From positions 192,001 through 256,000 of the forward strand of contig CAVYLP010000001.1 in the NCBI GenBank assembly GCA_963769425.1: 64,000 bases of DNA, in the 5' to 3' direction. Shown here in pieces: positions 29,451 through 39,309 of this stretch (positions are counted from its first letter, which is position 1; each line of letters begins with the position of its first letter). The position numbers were made by a program, and so were the translations under genes. The notes below the pieces were generated by a model, which was given only the letters and a program-made list of their open reading frames with translations, made no database searches and was not told the origin of the DNA. This DNA comes from Candidatus Bathyarchaeota archaeon (GTDB lineage Archaea > Thermoproteota > Bathyarchaeia > TCS64).

Positions 29451-29945
29451 CATCCTCTTCGAGACGAAGTAGACGCTGAGGGCGGCCACTAGACCGACTC
29501 CCCACATTGCGTAGTACCCCAAGTCGGCGTAGGGGTTGTAACTTCGGTCGGCGTTTTCAACCGTGGACGCGGCATCGGACTTTGTCCCCGCCGCCTGTGA
29601 GGCAGTTGCCGCGGCATCAGCAGCGATAGTAGTTCCAGTCGCAGCTATGCTAGCAGTCAATGCCGCTGTACTCGTCGACGGAACTTCGAACCCCGAGGAG
29701 TTGTTCGGTGTAGTTATTACAAATGCTGCTGAGGAGTTTGAAAACCCTCTGCCCGTGACTACTGTGTCTCCCGCCGTGGAGGTCTTGTTCAGCGTGGACT
29801 CAGGTGCTGCCCCCGAGTGCAGGGTGGGCGTCTGAACCACCGCTGGCGCCGCGAAGTTGGAGAGCTGCCCTGGCAGCAGCCCGACCAGCATCACCCCGAC
29901 GACAACCGCTAATACCGCGTATATACCCGTCCTCATCGCTGTCAA
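29442..29945 (-). CDS. Membrane protein with Ser/Thr/Ala-rich loop between two TMs
   Basis: N- and C-terminal hydrophobic helices; low-complexity middle with N-x-S/T sequons. Confidence 0.7.
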   Translation of the reverse strand: MTAMRTGIYAVLAVVVGVMLVGLLPGQLSNFAAPAVVQTPTLHSGAAPESTLNKTSTAGDTVVTGRGFSNSSAAFVITTPNNSSGFEVPSTSTAALTASIAATGTTIAADAAATASQAAGTKSDAASTVENADRSYNPYADLGYYAMWGVGLVAALSVYFVSKRMLG

Positions 29946-30014
29946 TCTATACCCATCCCGCCGACTCTCTTAATGCTAGGCTTCCGAACACCCGTTCTAC
30001 TGTTAGAACAGCGA

Positions 30015-30449
30015 TCAGCTCGGCTTCTCCCTCCAGATCTTGACCGTCTCGTACCAGAATACGGCGGCTGGGACGAGACCCATGACGAGTGTGGTGATGT
30101 ACTCCCGGGTGGGGATGAAGGGGAAGGTGGCGAGGAAGGTCACGAGCATGGACGTGACGAGTACGGCGTAGAAGAGGAACCTGGGGAGCATCACGCCCCC
30201 GACGCTGACGAAGCTGCGGAGGACGCCGACCTTGACCTCCTTGATGAGATGGTAGTCCCCGTAGGCGTTCTCAACAAGGCCGAGGTCCTGAAGCTTCTGC
30301 AGGTGGTAGGCGGCGACGCTGGGGCTGCTGAAGCCCAAGGCTCGCTGGACCTCGCGGACGCCCACCGTCTCCTGCCCACCCTTTAGGATGTGCATATAGA
30401 CGAGGAGCGTCTTCCCCTTCAGCTCCGACTCTATGTTGGCGTCGTCCAA
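30015..30449 (-). CDS. Winged-HTH protein with two C-terminal TMs
   Basis: VGVREVQRALGFSSPSVAAYHLQKL..LGLV, then PRFLFYA and hydrophobic helices. Confidence 0.82.
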   Translation of the reverse strand: MDDANIESELKGKTLLVYMHILKGGQETVGVREVQRALGFSSPSVAAYHLQKLQDLGLVENAYGDYHLIKEVKVGVLRSFVSVGGVMLPRFLFYAVLVTSMLVTFLATFPFIPTREYITTLVMGLVPAAVFWYETVKIWREKPS

Positions 30450-30493
30450 TCGGCTTCACCTTTAAGAAAAATGTGAGACATTTAACATTGGCG

Positions 30494-31345
30494 CTATGGG
30501 AGGAGATTAAGGATGGCGAGGGTTGCGTGGACGGCTTCCTCTGTGCGGACCGTCTCCGTCCCCTGCTCCGGGATCAAGTTGAGGTTGAACTGGAAGCAAT
30601 CCGGGACTTCCCTGTTCTCGTGCTTCAGTATCTCCTGTAGCCCAGCGCGGGGGCTGCCGAATGCGACGAGGATATTGCGGGCCTCCATGAGCCTTGTCTT
30701 CAGTCGCTCTTCCTCAGATGCTATGGGCGCGCCCGTCCTGCTCGTTGCTATGGTGAGGTCGTAGTAGCCGCTGGAGGCCAGCTCGCCGAGCGGCTTCCTC
30801 GACGCCTGTATCTCGTAGCCCCAGTAGTGTGGGATGTCGATCCTCCTCGCCATCTCGCAGCGAGGCTCTGTGCCTATCTCAACGATCTTTACTGTGACCC
30901 TACTACCGCGGGAGGGGGACTTGCCCACGAAGCGTATCGACTTATCGACTCCTATGTCGACGACGTTTACGCCCTGCTGATCGAGAAGGACACCTTCGCG
31001 GAAATCGCCAACGCGCAGGTTCGCGGCATGGGCCTCTAGTTGATGGTGGGGGGTGCGTAGTGGCTGGAGTGTGCCCGCGTACTGTAGCTCGGGGCGGATC
31101 TTGTAGAGATACTTGCGCAGGTACTGAGGCGTCTCGACGTAGCCGAGGATGAGCTTGATAAGTGCCGACTCGTCGGGTTGGTCGGGGTAGATGACTATCT
31201 CCTCGGCCCTGAAAATGGCGGCGCTCCGCGCGACGCGGCCTATGACCTCGGTTTTGTCCCTGAGGTTCACGTACTCAGCAACCAGGGACGCGGGGACTGC
31301 AATCGAAAGCCTACTCCTTCGCCTGCTCGGGGTCAAAATCTTCAC
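30494..31345 (-). CDS. SPOUT family RNA methyltransferase (DUF171/MTH1-like)
   Basis: SIAVPAS, ARSAAIFR, TPQYLRK, PLRTPHH, YWGY, FGSP, QGTETVRTEEA. Confidence 0.9.
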   Translation of the reverse strand: MKILTPSRRRSRLSIAVPASLVAEYVNLRDKTEVIGRVARSAAIFRAEEIVIYPDQPDESALIKLILGYVETPQYLRKYLYKIRPELQYAGTLQPLRTPHHQLEAHAANLRVGDFREGVLLDQQGVNVVDIGVDKSIRFVGKSPSRGSRVTVKIVEIGTEPRCEMARRIDIPHYWGYEIQASRKPLGELASSGYYDLTIATSRTGAPIASEEERLKTRLMEARNILVAFGSPRAGLQEILKHENREVPDCFQFNLNLIPEQGTETVRTEEAVHATLAILNLLP

Positions 31346-31832
31346 CTGCTTTTAACCTAGGCCAAGCCTTCCAGCCCGTCTTTACGAGGCGCTCCCGCTT
31401 ATCAACGTCTCGGAGCACCCACGCGAGGAAGCTGTCGAAGCCGCGTAGCTTCCTAGCCTGGTCGGGGGTGCCTACACCGAGGCGACTCAGGTGCTTGGCG
31501 TACTCCTCCTCCGCGAACTCCTGAGTGATGCCTGTTATCTTGCTTGGGACGACCTTGTAGCCCTCGTTGGCGAGGGCCTTCCTGACTTCGGAGAGTATGT
31601 AACCAGTGCAGACGTGGACGGGCTCATCCTTAGTGATGCCGAGGGCTTCTGCCCCCTCCCTCACGATTCGGAGGACATGGTGGAGGTAAGCCTTCGTCTT
31701 GAAGGCTGATCCCTGGAACGTCTCGACAGGCACCTCGCCGACGTACCTCTCGTTTGTTCCGACTCGCCGCATCACTATTACAGCTCCCCCAACTAGGTCG
31801 CCCCAGCCTGAGTCATCCACCTCGACTACCAT
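31311..31832 (-). CDS. Uncharacterised RNase H-like protein (paralogue of 6226-6738)
   Basis: VDDSGWGDL, VCTGYIL, QE..E, WVLRD..R..KTG; overlaps the start of the SPOUT ORF. Confidence 0.78.
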   Translation of the reverse strand: MVVEVDDSGWGDLVGGAVIVMRRVGTNERYVGEVPVETFQGSAFKTKAYLHHVLRIVREGAEALGITKDEPVHVCTGYILSEVRKALANEGYKVVPSKITGITQEFAEEEYAKHLSRLGVGTPDQARKLRGFDSFLAWVLRDVDKRERLVKTGWKAWPRLKAGEDFDPEQAKE

Positions 31833-31870
31833 GTGATCGGAAAATTATCGGCGCGGCTGTTTAAAAGGGG

Positions 31871-32917
31871 CTAGCCCCGCTTAAGTCGGTCGATTGATTC
31901 AACAGTGCTTGGGTCCTTGCCGTAGAGTACACCGAGGTAGGCGCTCACATAGTCGCCCACGTAAAGCAAACTAAGCATCCGGGCTAAGTGGCCCTCTCCA
32001 TTGGCCTGGACCTCTAAAACCTTCCCAAAGTTGGGCTTGATGATGTCGATGAATCGACGTGTCTTAGCGGTCACTCGTTCGCCCTCGGCGGGGTCTAGGA
32101 GGAAGACAGCGCACAAAGTCTTAAGCAGTTCCTTATCGGCCTCCCCTGCAACGATTGCGTTGTGGAACGCCTCCGGGATGAAGCTCGACCCAGCGGGCGT
32201 CTTCCCGTTCTCATTGAGTTGTGTGTTCCACCGGTAGGCTACCGCTTCGTGGATTCGGCTCCCGTAGACGAGCGGAACGTAACCGCGTAGTTCCGTGGCA
32301 AGCTTCTTGGCGGGGTTCGACCACTGGGGCGTCTCGGGGCGCATCTCCTCGCGCATCGCATTCAACACGTCGATTGCCTCCCTAACCTCCCACCACGAGT
32401 CCTGTGCTATCCCCGCCTTCTTCGCTGCTACGACAAGCGAGAGAAACTGGTGGGCGATGGCAGCACGTGGCTGGAACCCTGCAGGGAGTTTGAAGGTCGT
32501 GATGCGGGCTGCCTTAGCCCTCTTCCCAAGCTCGCCCCCGGAGGTGAAGGCAACAATCTTCGCTCCCTTAACCCTCCCCTCCTCGAAGGCGCTCAACGTC
32601 TCCTCAGTCCCCCCCGAGTAACTGACTACGAAGAGGAGCGTGTCCCTCCCTACAAAGCCGGGGAGTGAGTAGTCGCGCGAGACTACGATTGGGACCTTTG
32701 ATGTCTGTTGCAGCCAATCCCTGAGTAGGAGGCCTCCGACTGCGGAGCCCCCCATACCCGCGACTACAAGATTCCTGAACCGACGAACCCTAAGGTTCAC
32801 CTTCTCCGCGACTTCTATGGCGTCCACCGCGCTCTCAGGGAGGGCGGTAATAACGTCAAGCATCCCACGCGGGTCAACGCGTCCGATGTGGTTCAGGTCG
32901 TCTAGAGGAGCATCCAT
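31871..32917 (-). CDS. Bifunctional phosphoglucose/phosphomannose isomerase
   Basis: GMGGSAVGG, SYSGGTEET, TSGG, QPRAA, QLNENGK, PEAFHN; own TATA GTTTAAAC at 32942-32949 ahead of ATG 32917. Confidence 0.92.
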   Translation of the reverse strand: MDAPLDDLNHIGRVDPRGMLDVITALPESAVDAIEVAEKVNLRVRRFRNLVVAGMGGSAVGGLLLRDWLQQTSKVPIVVSRDYSLPGFVGRDTLLFVVSYSGGTEETLSAFEEGRVKGAKIVAFTSGGELGKRAKAARITTFKLPAGFQPRAAIAHQFLSLVVAAKKAGIAQDSWWEVREAIDVLNAMREEMRPETPQWSNPAKKLATELRGYVPLVYGSRIHEAVAYRWNTQLNENGKTPAGSSFIPEAFHNAIVAGEADKELLKTLCAVFLLDPAEGERVTAKTRRFIDIIKPNFGKVLEVQANGEGHLARMLSLLYVGDYVSAYLGVLYGKDPSTVESIDRLKRG

Positions 32918-32958
32918 GGGGGATGAGTTGGCGAAATCAGTGTTTAAACTTGGCTGGG

Positions 32959-34165
32959 CTACCCGCACACTCTGCTGGGCCACCGCGGCGTAGACCTCGA
33001 TGGTCTTGAGGTAATCCTCGACCTTGACGTGGTCCATCTCGGTGTGGGCAAACCTCTCCTCACCGGGGCCGAAGCCTATCACGGGGATCCCGAGCCAGCT
33101 GTAGAATCGTCCATCGGTCGCGAATGTCCACGTCTTCCTTTTCGGATCCTTCCTAAGGGTATCCTTGATGACGGCCTCCGCCTCCCCCACGACCGTGTAT
33201 GTCTCGGGGTCAGTGTAGAAGCCGGTGAAGCTCCTCTGCCCGTTTATTATCGGTGAGGGAAGGACACTTGCCTTGAACTCTGGGTCCCTCTCGGACTGAT
33301 CCTTGATCATAGCTTGGAGGTCGTGATAGAGCTGCTCGGCTGGGTAGTTGGGGGTGTTGCGGCAGTCGACGTAGAATCGGCACTCCTCGGGGACGACGTT
33401 GAAAGCGCCGGGCTTGACTTCGATCATCGTCATAGCTAGGCTCGTCTTTCCGTAGAGGGGGTCGGTTGGGAGCCTCGGGATCAGTTCGTTCCTGATCCTG
33501 GTCATCAGGTCGGTTGCCTTGTAGAGGGCGTTTATCCCCCTCTCGGGGGCGCTCGCGTGGCAGCTCCTCCCCCTGACTACTACACTCATCTTCATTGAGC
33601 CCCTGTGGCCGAGTGCTAGGTCCATGTTTGTCGCCTCCCCGATGAGGACGACGTCGGCGAGGAATTGGTTCTCATCTATCGTAGATATGGTGCCGGCTCC
33701 GCCGACCTCCTCCTGCGTCACTGCGGCGACCTTGTAGTCACCCTTGAGCTTGACCCCCGCGTCCCTGAAGTAAGCGCCAGCCATCACCATCGCGGCGACC
33801 CCCGCCTTCATGTCGCAGGCAGCCCGCCCGTAGACGACCTCCCCCGCCGTCCCAAAGGATGCGCCGTCCATAAGCTTCGCCGAGTAGGGATCTACCATGT
33901 CCCCGACAGGCACGTGGTCTATGTGCCCATTCATCAGGAGGCTGCGCCCACCGCCAGAGCCCCTCAGCACACCCATGGCGTCGCCGAGGGTGTCAACCTT
34001 CGCGGTGTCGAAACCCGCGACACGCATCGCCTCCGCCACCCTCTCCCCGCACGCCTTCTCATACCCACTCAGACTTGGTACTCTGATGAACTCCTGTAGG
34101 AGCTGAATCGCTTCGTTCCTATGATCCTTGACCCAATCACCTATCGAACCAGCCAAACTGGTCAC
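32959..34165 (-). CDS. M20 family metallohydrolase (ArgE/DapE/YgeY-like); reads through in frame into PGI/PMI in this sequence
   Basis: PSLSGYE, NGHIDHV, GRAACDMK, QEEVGG, IGEAT, HAS.P, FATDG, GPG...AH. Confidence 0.88.
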
Positions 34166-34236
34166 TTGGGAGGAAAAACAACTGGCACGGTTAAAAGAGG
34201 TTCGTCAACAAGCGTTAAACAAGGAATAAGCGATTT

Positions 34237-36267
34237 TTAAACGAGACCGCTGAATATGGTCTCAGCCATCTGCCTGATGATGCTCAGGTACTTTACAGCG
34301 TCCGGTTTCGCTCTGCCCAACTTCACCGGTTTGACCCTGCGGAACTGATTCGAGTTCCCCGCATCCACGTAGAGGTAATCGACGAGGTCTCCCGACCCGA
34401 CCCTCAAGTGGTTCATGTTGAGTGCGTTCGCCGCCGTCACGTGGCCGCCGTGGGAGATGTATTCGCCGATATCCCTGCTGAGCACCTTCGATATCTTAAG
34501 CTCCTCGGCGGGCACATCCCCTCTCTCGATCCGCCTGCACGCGTCGTCCACAACCCGCTGCGCACTCTCCCTGCCGACAGTAAGCATCTCCTCGCGTGAG
34601 CCACATCCCATCAATGCCTCCATCATCTTCCTCTGGATGTGCGAAACGAATGGCGGCGTGTCGTGCCTCCTAAGCTCCACGCCGCGGCACTCTATCTCAC
34701 CCGCCGTGGTTACGCCGTAGTATCGGTTCACCGCACCGACCCTGGCACCAGACTTCTGGGGTAGCAGCGCCAGATACCTGAACACGTGCTCCACCGCCAT
34801 GGGGAGCCCCGTCATCTGCGCGATCCCCGCCGCCAGCGCCTCGTAATCCTCCCCCGTCGCGCCCGGGCGGGTGAGAAAGAGGCTGTCAGAGTTGCCGTAA
34901 AGAGTTCTGAACCCGTGTTCGTTCGCAAACGTCATGGCCACCGTCAAGGCCGAGCGCGCCTGCCGATTGATCTCCATGAAGGTGTCCATGCTTCCGAAGC
35001 GGTTCGCGAAGCATCCGCTGTAGCCGTATATGACGACGAGGTTCTCCTTCAGTGCCGTCTGCCGCTCCTCGCACCACAGCCACTCCTCCGAGCCCTTCAC
35101 CAGCTCGCGGCGCCTGTGCTTGAAGTATAGGCGGCGGGTCAGGGCGTCACGGGTGAAGCCCGATATGAAGCCCTCCTCGTCTCCGACGTCGCCGGTGGTC
35201 TCGTAGCTCACGTTGCGCCGGACGATGATGTTGGGAAACATGCTCTCGAAGTCGAGCAGCGCAACGTTCTCGTGCAGCCCCACCGTCGGCGCGAGTATGA
35301 GCCCACCCTTGTCCTGCTCCAGCAGCTTCCCCAGACTCATCACCGGCTGATAGTCTGCCGCGCGTGGCACGAGTATGCCGTGCCTCCGCGCCTCGTAGCA
35401 CTGCCTCGAGTCGATGCACTTACCCGCGGCCCAGTCCGCGCAGAGCCTGAGCGGGACCTTTGTGAACATCGACCGCTCCACCAGCCCGGCGAAGCCGAGA
35501 CGATCCCACGCGCGGGGTTCGACGTGCATCCTCCCGCCGAATAGCTCGACCTCGGAGCCCGCGAGCCGCCCGAAGCGCCTTCCCCCATAGACACGTCCGA
35601 GGTGGATGACCAATCGGAGCGACGCCACGCTTGCACGTATAATGTCGGGGTCCTCGTCGGCGAAGTAGTCAAGGAAGTCGCGGAAGACGCTCTCCGCATC
35701 GCCGTCGAAGGTGTATGCCGGCTTCATAAGCCGGTCGAGGACAACGATAGAGCCGCGGCCCCCCGATGCATCAGCCTCGAAGCTCAACACGTGTAACGGC
35801 GGTGGCTCGGCGTCCAAGCCCAGATCGGCGGCGTGGATCGATCTTATCACGTCCTCGCAGTCGGACTCGACGGCTATGGCTTCGAACGGCGTCAGCCCCC
35901 TCTCGCTGAGATACCTTAACTCGTGGCCTACATCGACATCGTAGACCCGTGCCACGAGTGGGAGACGCTCCACCAACCGTGAGACCTCGTGAAAAGCGTC
36001 GACGCCTCGCGCTCTGATCCTCAGCACAGTCGACTCCGCATCCCGTCGTATGGTAGAGACCCGCTTAACGACTGCAACGTCTCGGATGCCTGGATGCTCC
36101 TCCACCGCCGCCTTCAGGTCCTCGACGGCGACGCCTCTCGGCTCGGCGTAGAAGTCCGGGTGATAGGGGTCTAGGAGCTTCACCCTCCCCAGCTCCGGGT
36201 CCCTGACCCAGAGCACGGCCCGCCCCTCCTCAAACCCGACGTCCAGCAGCCAGCCGTCAACCAGCAT
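34237..36267 (-). CDS. Family B DNA polymerase, PolB2-type with altered motifs
   Basis: DFESMFPNII, RQTALK..LVVIYGY, YGNSDS (canonical YGDTDS), NRYYG, RGVELRRHDTP; no clear intact exonuclease motifs. Confidence 0.9.
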   Translation of the reverse strand: MLVDGWLLDVGFEEGRAVLWVRDPELGRVKLLDPYHPDFYAEPRGVAVEDLKAAVEEHPGIRDVAVVKRVSTIRRDAESTVLRIRARGVDAFHEVSRLVERLPLVARVYDVDVGHELRYLSERGLTPFEAIAVESDCEDVIRSIHAADLGLDAEPPPLHVLSFEADASGGRGSIVVLDRLMKPAYTFDGDAESVFRDFLDYFADEDPDIIRASVASLRLVIHLGRVYGGRRFGRLAGSEVELFGGRMHVEPRAWDRLGFAGLVERSMFTKVPLRLCADWAAGKCIDSRQCYEARRHGILVPRAADYQPVMSLGKLLEQDKGGLILAPTVGLHENVALLDFESMFPNIIVRRNVSYETTGDVGDEEGFISGFTRDALTRRLYFKHRRRELVKGSEEWLWCEERQTALKENLVVIYGYSGCFANRFGSMDTFMEINRQARSALTVAMTFANEHGFRTLYGNSDSLFLTRPGATGEDYEALAAGIAQMTGLPMAVEHVFRYLALLPQKSGARVGAVNRYYGVTTAGEIECRGVELRRHDTPPFVSHIQRKMMEALMGCGSREEMLTVGRESAQRVVDDACRRIERGDVPAEELKISKVLSRDIGEYISHGGHVTAANALNMNHLRVGSGDLVDYLYVDAGNSNQFRRVKPVKLGRAKPDAVKYLSIIRQMAETIFSGLV

Positions 36268-37279
36268 CCTTCCGGCCCCCCCTGCGTTTCAGTTCTTCTA
36301 TCTCCCGCCGGTTGTCGACTATGGCGGTGAGCAGCAGGAGGTCGAGACCGGAAACCATGTCGCTGTTGATCATCGCGCCCTGCTCGTCCGCCCACACCGG
36401 CCACAGCGCATCGAACGCCTCCCTCCTCCCCCCGTCCTTCAGCGTGGCCCTGTACTTCTCCCTGAGTTTGACCATCTGCTCCTGCAGCAATGTCCTCATC
36501 GAATCGCTAGTTATCCTTCCCAATCCTCTGTAGCCTCCCAACTCCACTCTCCTCCCGACCCGCGCCCTGTCGAAGTGCTTCACGAGATAGGCAGATGCAC
36601 CGCTGGGGCTCGCGCGCAGGTAAACGATCACGTTGGCCAGGTGTGTCAGGTAGCCGCTGGCCTCGGGCTCCGGCACGGGGGCGTCGCGGCCGCTGTCCCT
36701 GCACGACGCGATTATAGGTATATCCCGTTCGAGGCCGAGCCTCTTCAGCCGCGACGCCATGCCCCCGAGGTCCCCGCGATGGACACCCTGCACGAGGGGC
36801 GTCCCCGTAAACATCTTCGCTATCTGTTGCACCGTTATCGCGGAGACGCCACCTATGCGGCCCACGAGCTCCTCCGTCAGCTCCGCTGCCCGCACCTGAT
36901 GGCGCTCGGAGAAGGAGCCGATTACATGTATCCTGTTCAGGGCGCCGTTCACGCTCTGTCCCTCGGCGTCGAGGAGGTCTAGCAGCAACGTGGTGTCCAA
37001 AAGCGTGCGGGATCTGCGGTAGTTACCGCATACTAGGTGGACCGCTTTGCCATTGTCCCTGACGGCGTTGACAATTACGTGATGGAGGACCGCGTCGGCT
37101 AGGCGGCTTTTCTCAGTGCTGTAGAAGAGGTACATGAGGCCCGGCTCGAATCCGCCGGTCAGCTCGTCCAACGCCCCTATGTTTGACGCTAGAAGTTGCT
37201 TCTCCTCTCTCTGTTTTAGGAGCGAGGAGGCTGATAAGAAGGTGCCAGCTGTGGGCCTGACTTGCGCCTGAGAATCCAT
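36257..37279 (-). CDS. Inactivated RadA/RecA-like protein in frame with a small PolB2-associated helical domain
   Basis: LDELTGGFEPG without a Walker A GKT; GYLTHLANV, LVKH; tail GRIT...YRATLKD...REAFDALW...LLLTAIVDNRREIEEL; overlaps the polB start; TATA at ~37310 supports ATG 37279. Confidence 0.78.
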   Translation of the reverse strand: MDSQAQVRPTAGTFLSASSLLKQREEKQLLASNIGALDELTGGFEPGLMYLFYSTEKSRLADAVLHHVIVNAVRDNGKAVHLVCGNYRRSRTLLDTTLLLDLLDAEGQSVNGALNRIHVIGSFSERHQVRAAELTEELVGRIGGVSAITVQQIAKMFTGTPLVQGVHRGDLGGMASRLKRLGLERDIPIIASCRDSGRDAPVPEPEASGYLTHLANVIVYLRASPSGASAYLVKHFDRARVGRRVELGGYRGLGRITSDSMRTLLQEQMVKLREKYRATLKDGGRREAFDALWPVWADEQGAMINSDMVSGLDLLLLTAIVDNRREIEELKRRGGRKDAG

Positions 37280-37390
37280 GCAGCACTGGCACACGGATTT
37301 CCAGCCCATTTAAACGAGGCGCATGGTGGGTGAGGGGGGATGACTGAATGTCTTTGAAGCGTCGCGGCGGTTAAATCGACTTGACTGGTT

Positions 37391-37594
37391 CTACTTGTTG
37401 AGGTAGGCGGGGTCTTCCTCGACGGTTACGGCGTCCGTTGGGCAGGGCGCGACGCAGCTCATGCAGCAGACGCAGTCCTTCATGTGCGTCACCTCGACCC
37501 TGTCCCCGGTGTCCTCGTAGACCCCCCAGGGGCAGATGCTCACGCAGGTTTTACAGTAGGCGCACTTATCGTAGTCGATTGTGACCTTATGCAA
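37391..37594 (-). CDS. 2x[4Fe-4S] ferredoxin
   Basis: CAYCKTCVSICP and CVCCMSCVAPCP; likely TTG start at 37594. Confidence 0.92.
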   Translation of the reverse strand: MHKVTIDYDKCAYCKTCVSICPWGVYEDTGDRVEVTHMKDCVCCMSCVAPCPTDAVTVEEDPAYLNK

Positions 37595-37929
37595 CTTGCT
37601 CGCCTCTCCTCGGAGAGGAGACACTGAGATATAAATCTCCACCGGGCGGGCACGTGTTCTTTGGGTTTTGATCGTAGCCCAGAGAGACCAACTAGTCCCA
37701 TCCCCTGAAGAAGCACTTTAAAGAGCCCAATATTTATGGAAAGATGGATGTGTCCGTCGCCAGCATCCGCTGTAAAATGCCCAGAAAAAAACCTCAAACT
37801 ACGAAACCGGCTAAAATAATTAAAAATGCTGCGGCGGCGAAAGCACTCCCTCGCCCTACCCACGCACGCTCCGAGTAAGCGGTTAAATCCCCGAACCACC
37901 AACACAGACACCAACACGGAGGCAAACCA

Positions 37930-39309
37930 ATGAACAGAGCCCACCCGTACCTACCAAACAGCGTACCAGAGATCAAGGAAAAGATGCTCGAAGAGATAGG
38001 CGTCGACACCATCGACGATCTATACGTCAACATCCCCGAGAAGCTCCGCTTCAAGGGCGAGCTACAGGTCCCTGGCCCCTATACGGAGCAGGAGGTCAAG
38101 AAACTCGTCTCCGACACACTGGAGAGGAACACCCCCCTTAAGTGCGCGCCCTTTCTGGGCGGGGGAGTCTGGCCCCACTACGTCCCGAGCGTTGTGGACG
38201 AGGTCGTTCACCGCGCCGAGTTCCTAACTAGCTATACCCCTTACCAACCCGAGATAAGCCAGGGCATGCTACAGAGCATATTCGAGTACCAGAGCCTAAT
38301 TTGCGAACTCGTCGACATGGCCGTCGCCAACGCCAGCATGTACGACTGGAGCAGCGCCCTCGGGGAGGCCGCTCTCCTCTCCAGCAGGCTCAACCACAAG
38401 GAGACGGTCCTCGTCCCCAGCTTCATCAGCCCTGCCCGCCTCGCCGTCCTCAAGACCTACACCGGACCAGCCGGAATGCACATTGAGAAGGTCAACCACG
38501 ACACAGAAACAGGCATGATGGACCTCGAGGACCTTAAGGCGAAGGTCGATGACAAGACCGCGGCCGTCTACGTCGAGACACCCAGCTACCTCGGTTTCGC
38601 CGAGGAGAACGTTCAAGCCATCGGCGAGATAGCACATGAAAAGAAGGCAATCTACATCACGGGAGTCGACCCGATCAGCCTCGGCCTCCTCAGCACACCG
38701 GGCAGCTACGGGGCAGACGTCGTCGTCGGGGAGGGTCAGCCACTCGGCAACCACATGAGCTACGGTGGACCTCTCCTCGGCATCTTTGCATGCAACCACG
38801 ACAACGCCATAATCCGCCAGATGCCAGGCCGCATCATCGGAGTAACTGAGGCGATCGCCGACAAGCGTCGCGCCTTCGTCATGACCCTCCAGACCCGCGA
38901 GCAGCACATCCGCCGCGAGAAGGCGACCAGCAACATCTGCAGCAACGAGGCGCTCTGCAGCGTCGCGAGCGCCACCTACCTCAGCCTACTCGGCCCCAAT
39001 GGCCTAAAGGACCTCGCTGAGACCTGCACAAGCAGGGCGCACTACGCCATCCGCAGAATAAACGACCTCGAAGGTGTCAAGACACCTGTCTTCAGTTCCT
39101 ACCACTTCAAGGAGTTCACGGTCAAGTACGAGAAGAAGAAGGCGGCTGACGTCAACAAGGTACTTCTCAACCACGGTTACCAGGGTGGTAAGCCCCTCAA
39201 AGGGGAGTTCCCGGAGCTGGGGGAGTCAGCTCTCTTCTGCGTCACCGAGATGCATACTAAGAAGGACATAGATGGCCTCGTGGTCGCGCTCAAGGAGGCG
39301 AACCAGTGA
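37930..39309 (+). CDS. gcvPA: Glycine dehydrogenase subunit 1
   Basis: EFLTSYTPYQPEISQG, NASMYD, GEGQPLG, TREQHIRREKATSNICSN. Confidence 0.97.
   Translation: MNRAHPYLPNSVPEIKEKMLEEIGVDTIDDLYVNIPEKLRFKGELQVPGPYTEQEVKKLVSDTLERNTPLKCAPFLGGGVWPHYVPSVVDEVVHRAEFLTSYTPYQPEISQGMLQSIFEYQSLICELVDMAVANASMYDWSSALGEAALLSSRLNHKETVLVPSFISPARLAVLKTYTGPAGMHIEKVNHDTETGMMDLEDLKAKVDDKTAAVYVETPSYLGFAEENVQAIGEIAHEKKAIYITGVDPISLGLLSTPGSYGADVVVGEGQPLGNHMSYGGPLLGIFACNHDNAIIRQMPGRIIGVTEAIADKRRAFVMTLQTREQHIRREKATSNICSNEALCSVASATYLSLLGPNGLKDLAETCTSRAHYAIRRINDLEGVKTPVFSSYHFKEFTVKYEKKKAADVNKVLLNHGYQGGKPLKGEFPELGESALFCVTEMHTKKDIDGLVVALKEANQ

Noticed and set aside
37675-37770. Glycine-riboswitch-like words upstream of gcvPA (AGAGAGACC, CTGAAGAAGCA, GGAAAG plus a stem)
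   Set aside because: The conserved CUCAGG/P3 strand and CCGAAG are missing, and a TATA-like box at ~37881 lies downstream, so the segment is probably not in the gcvP leader.
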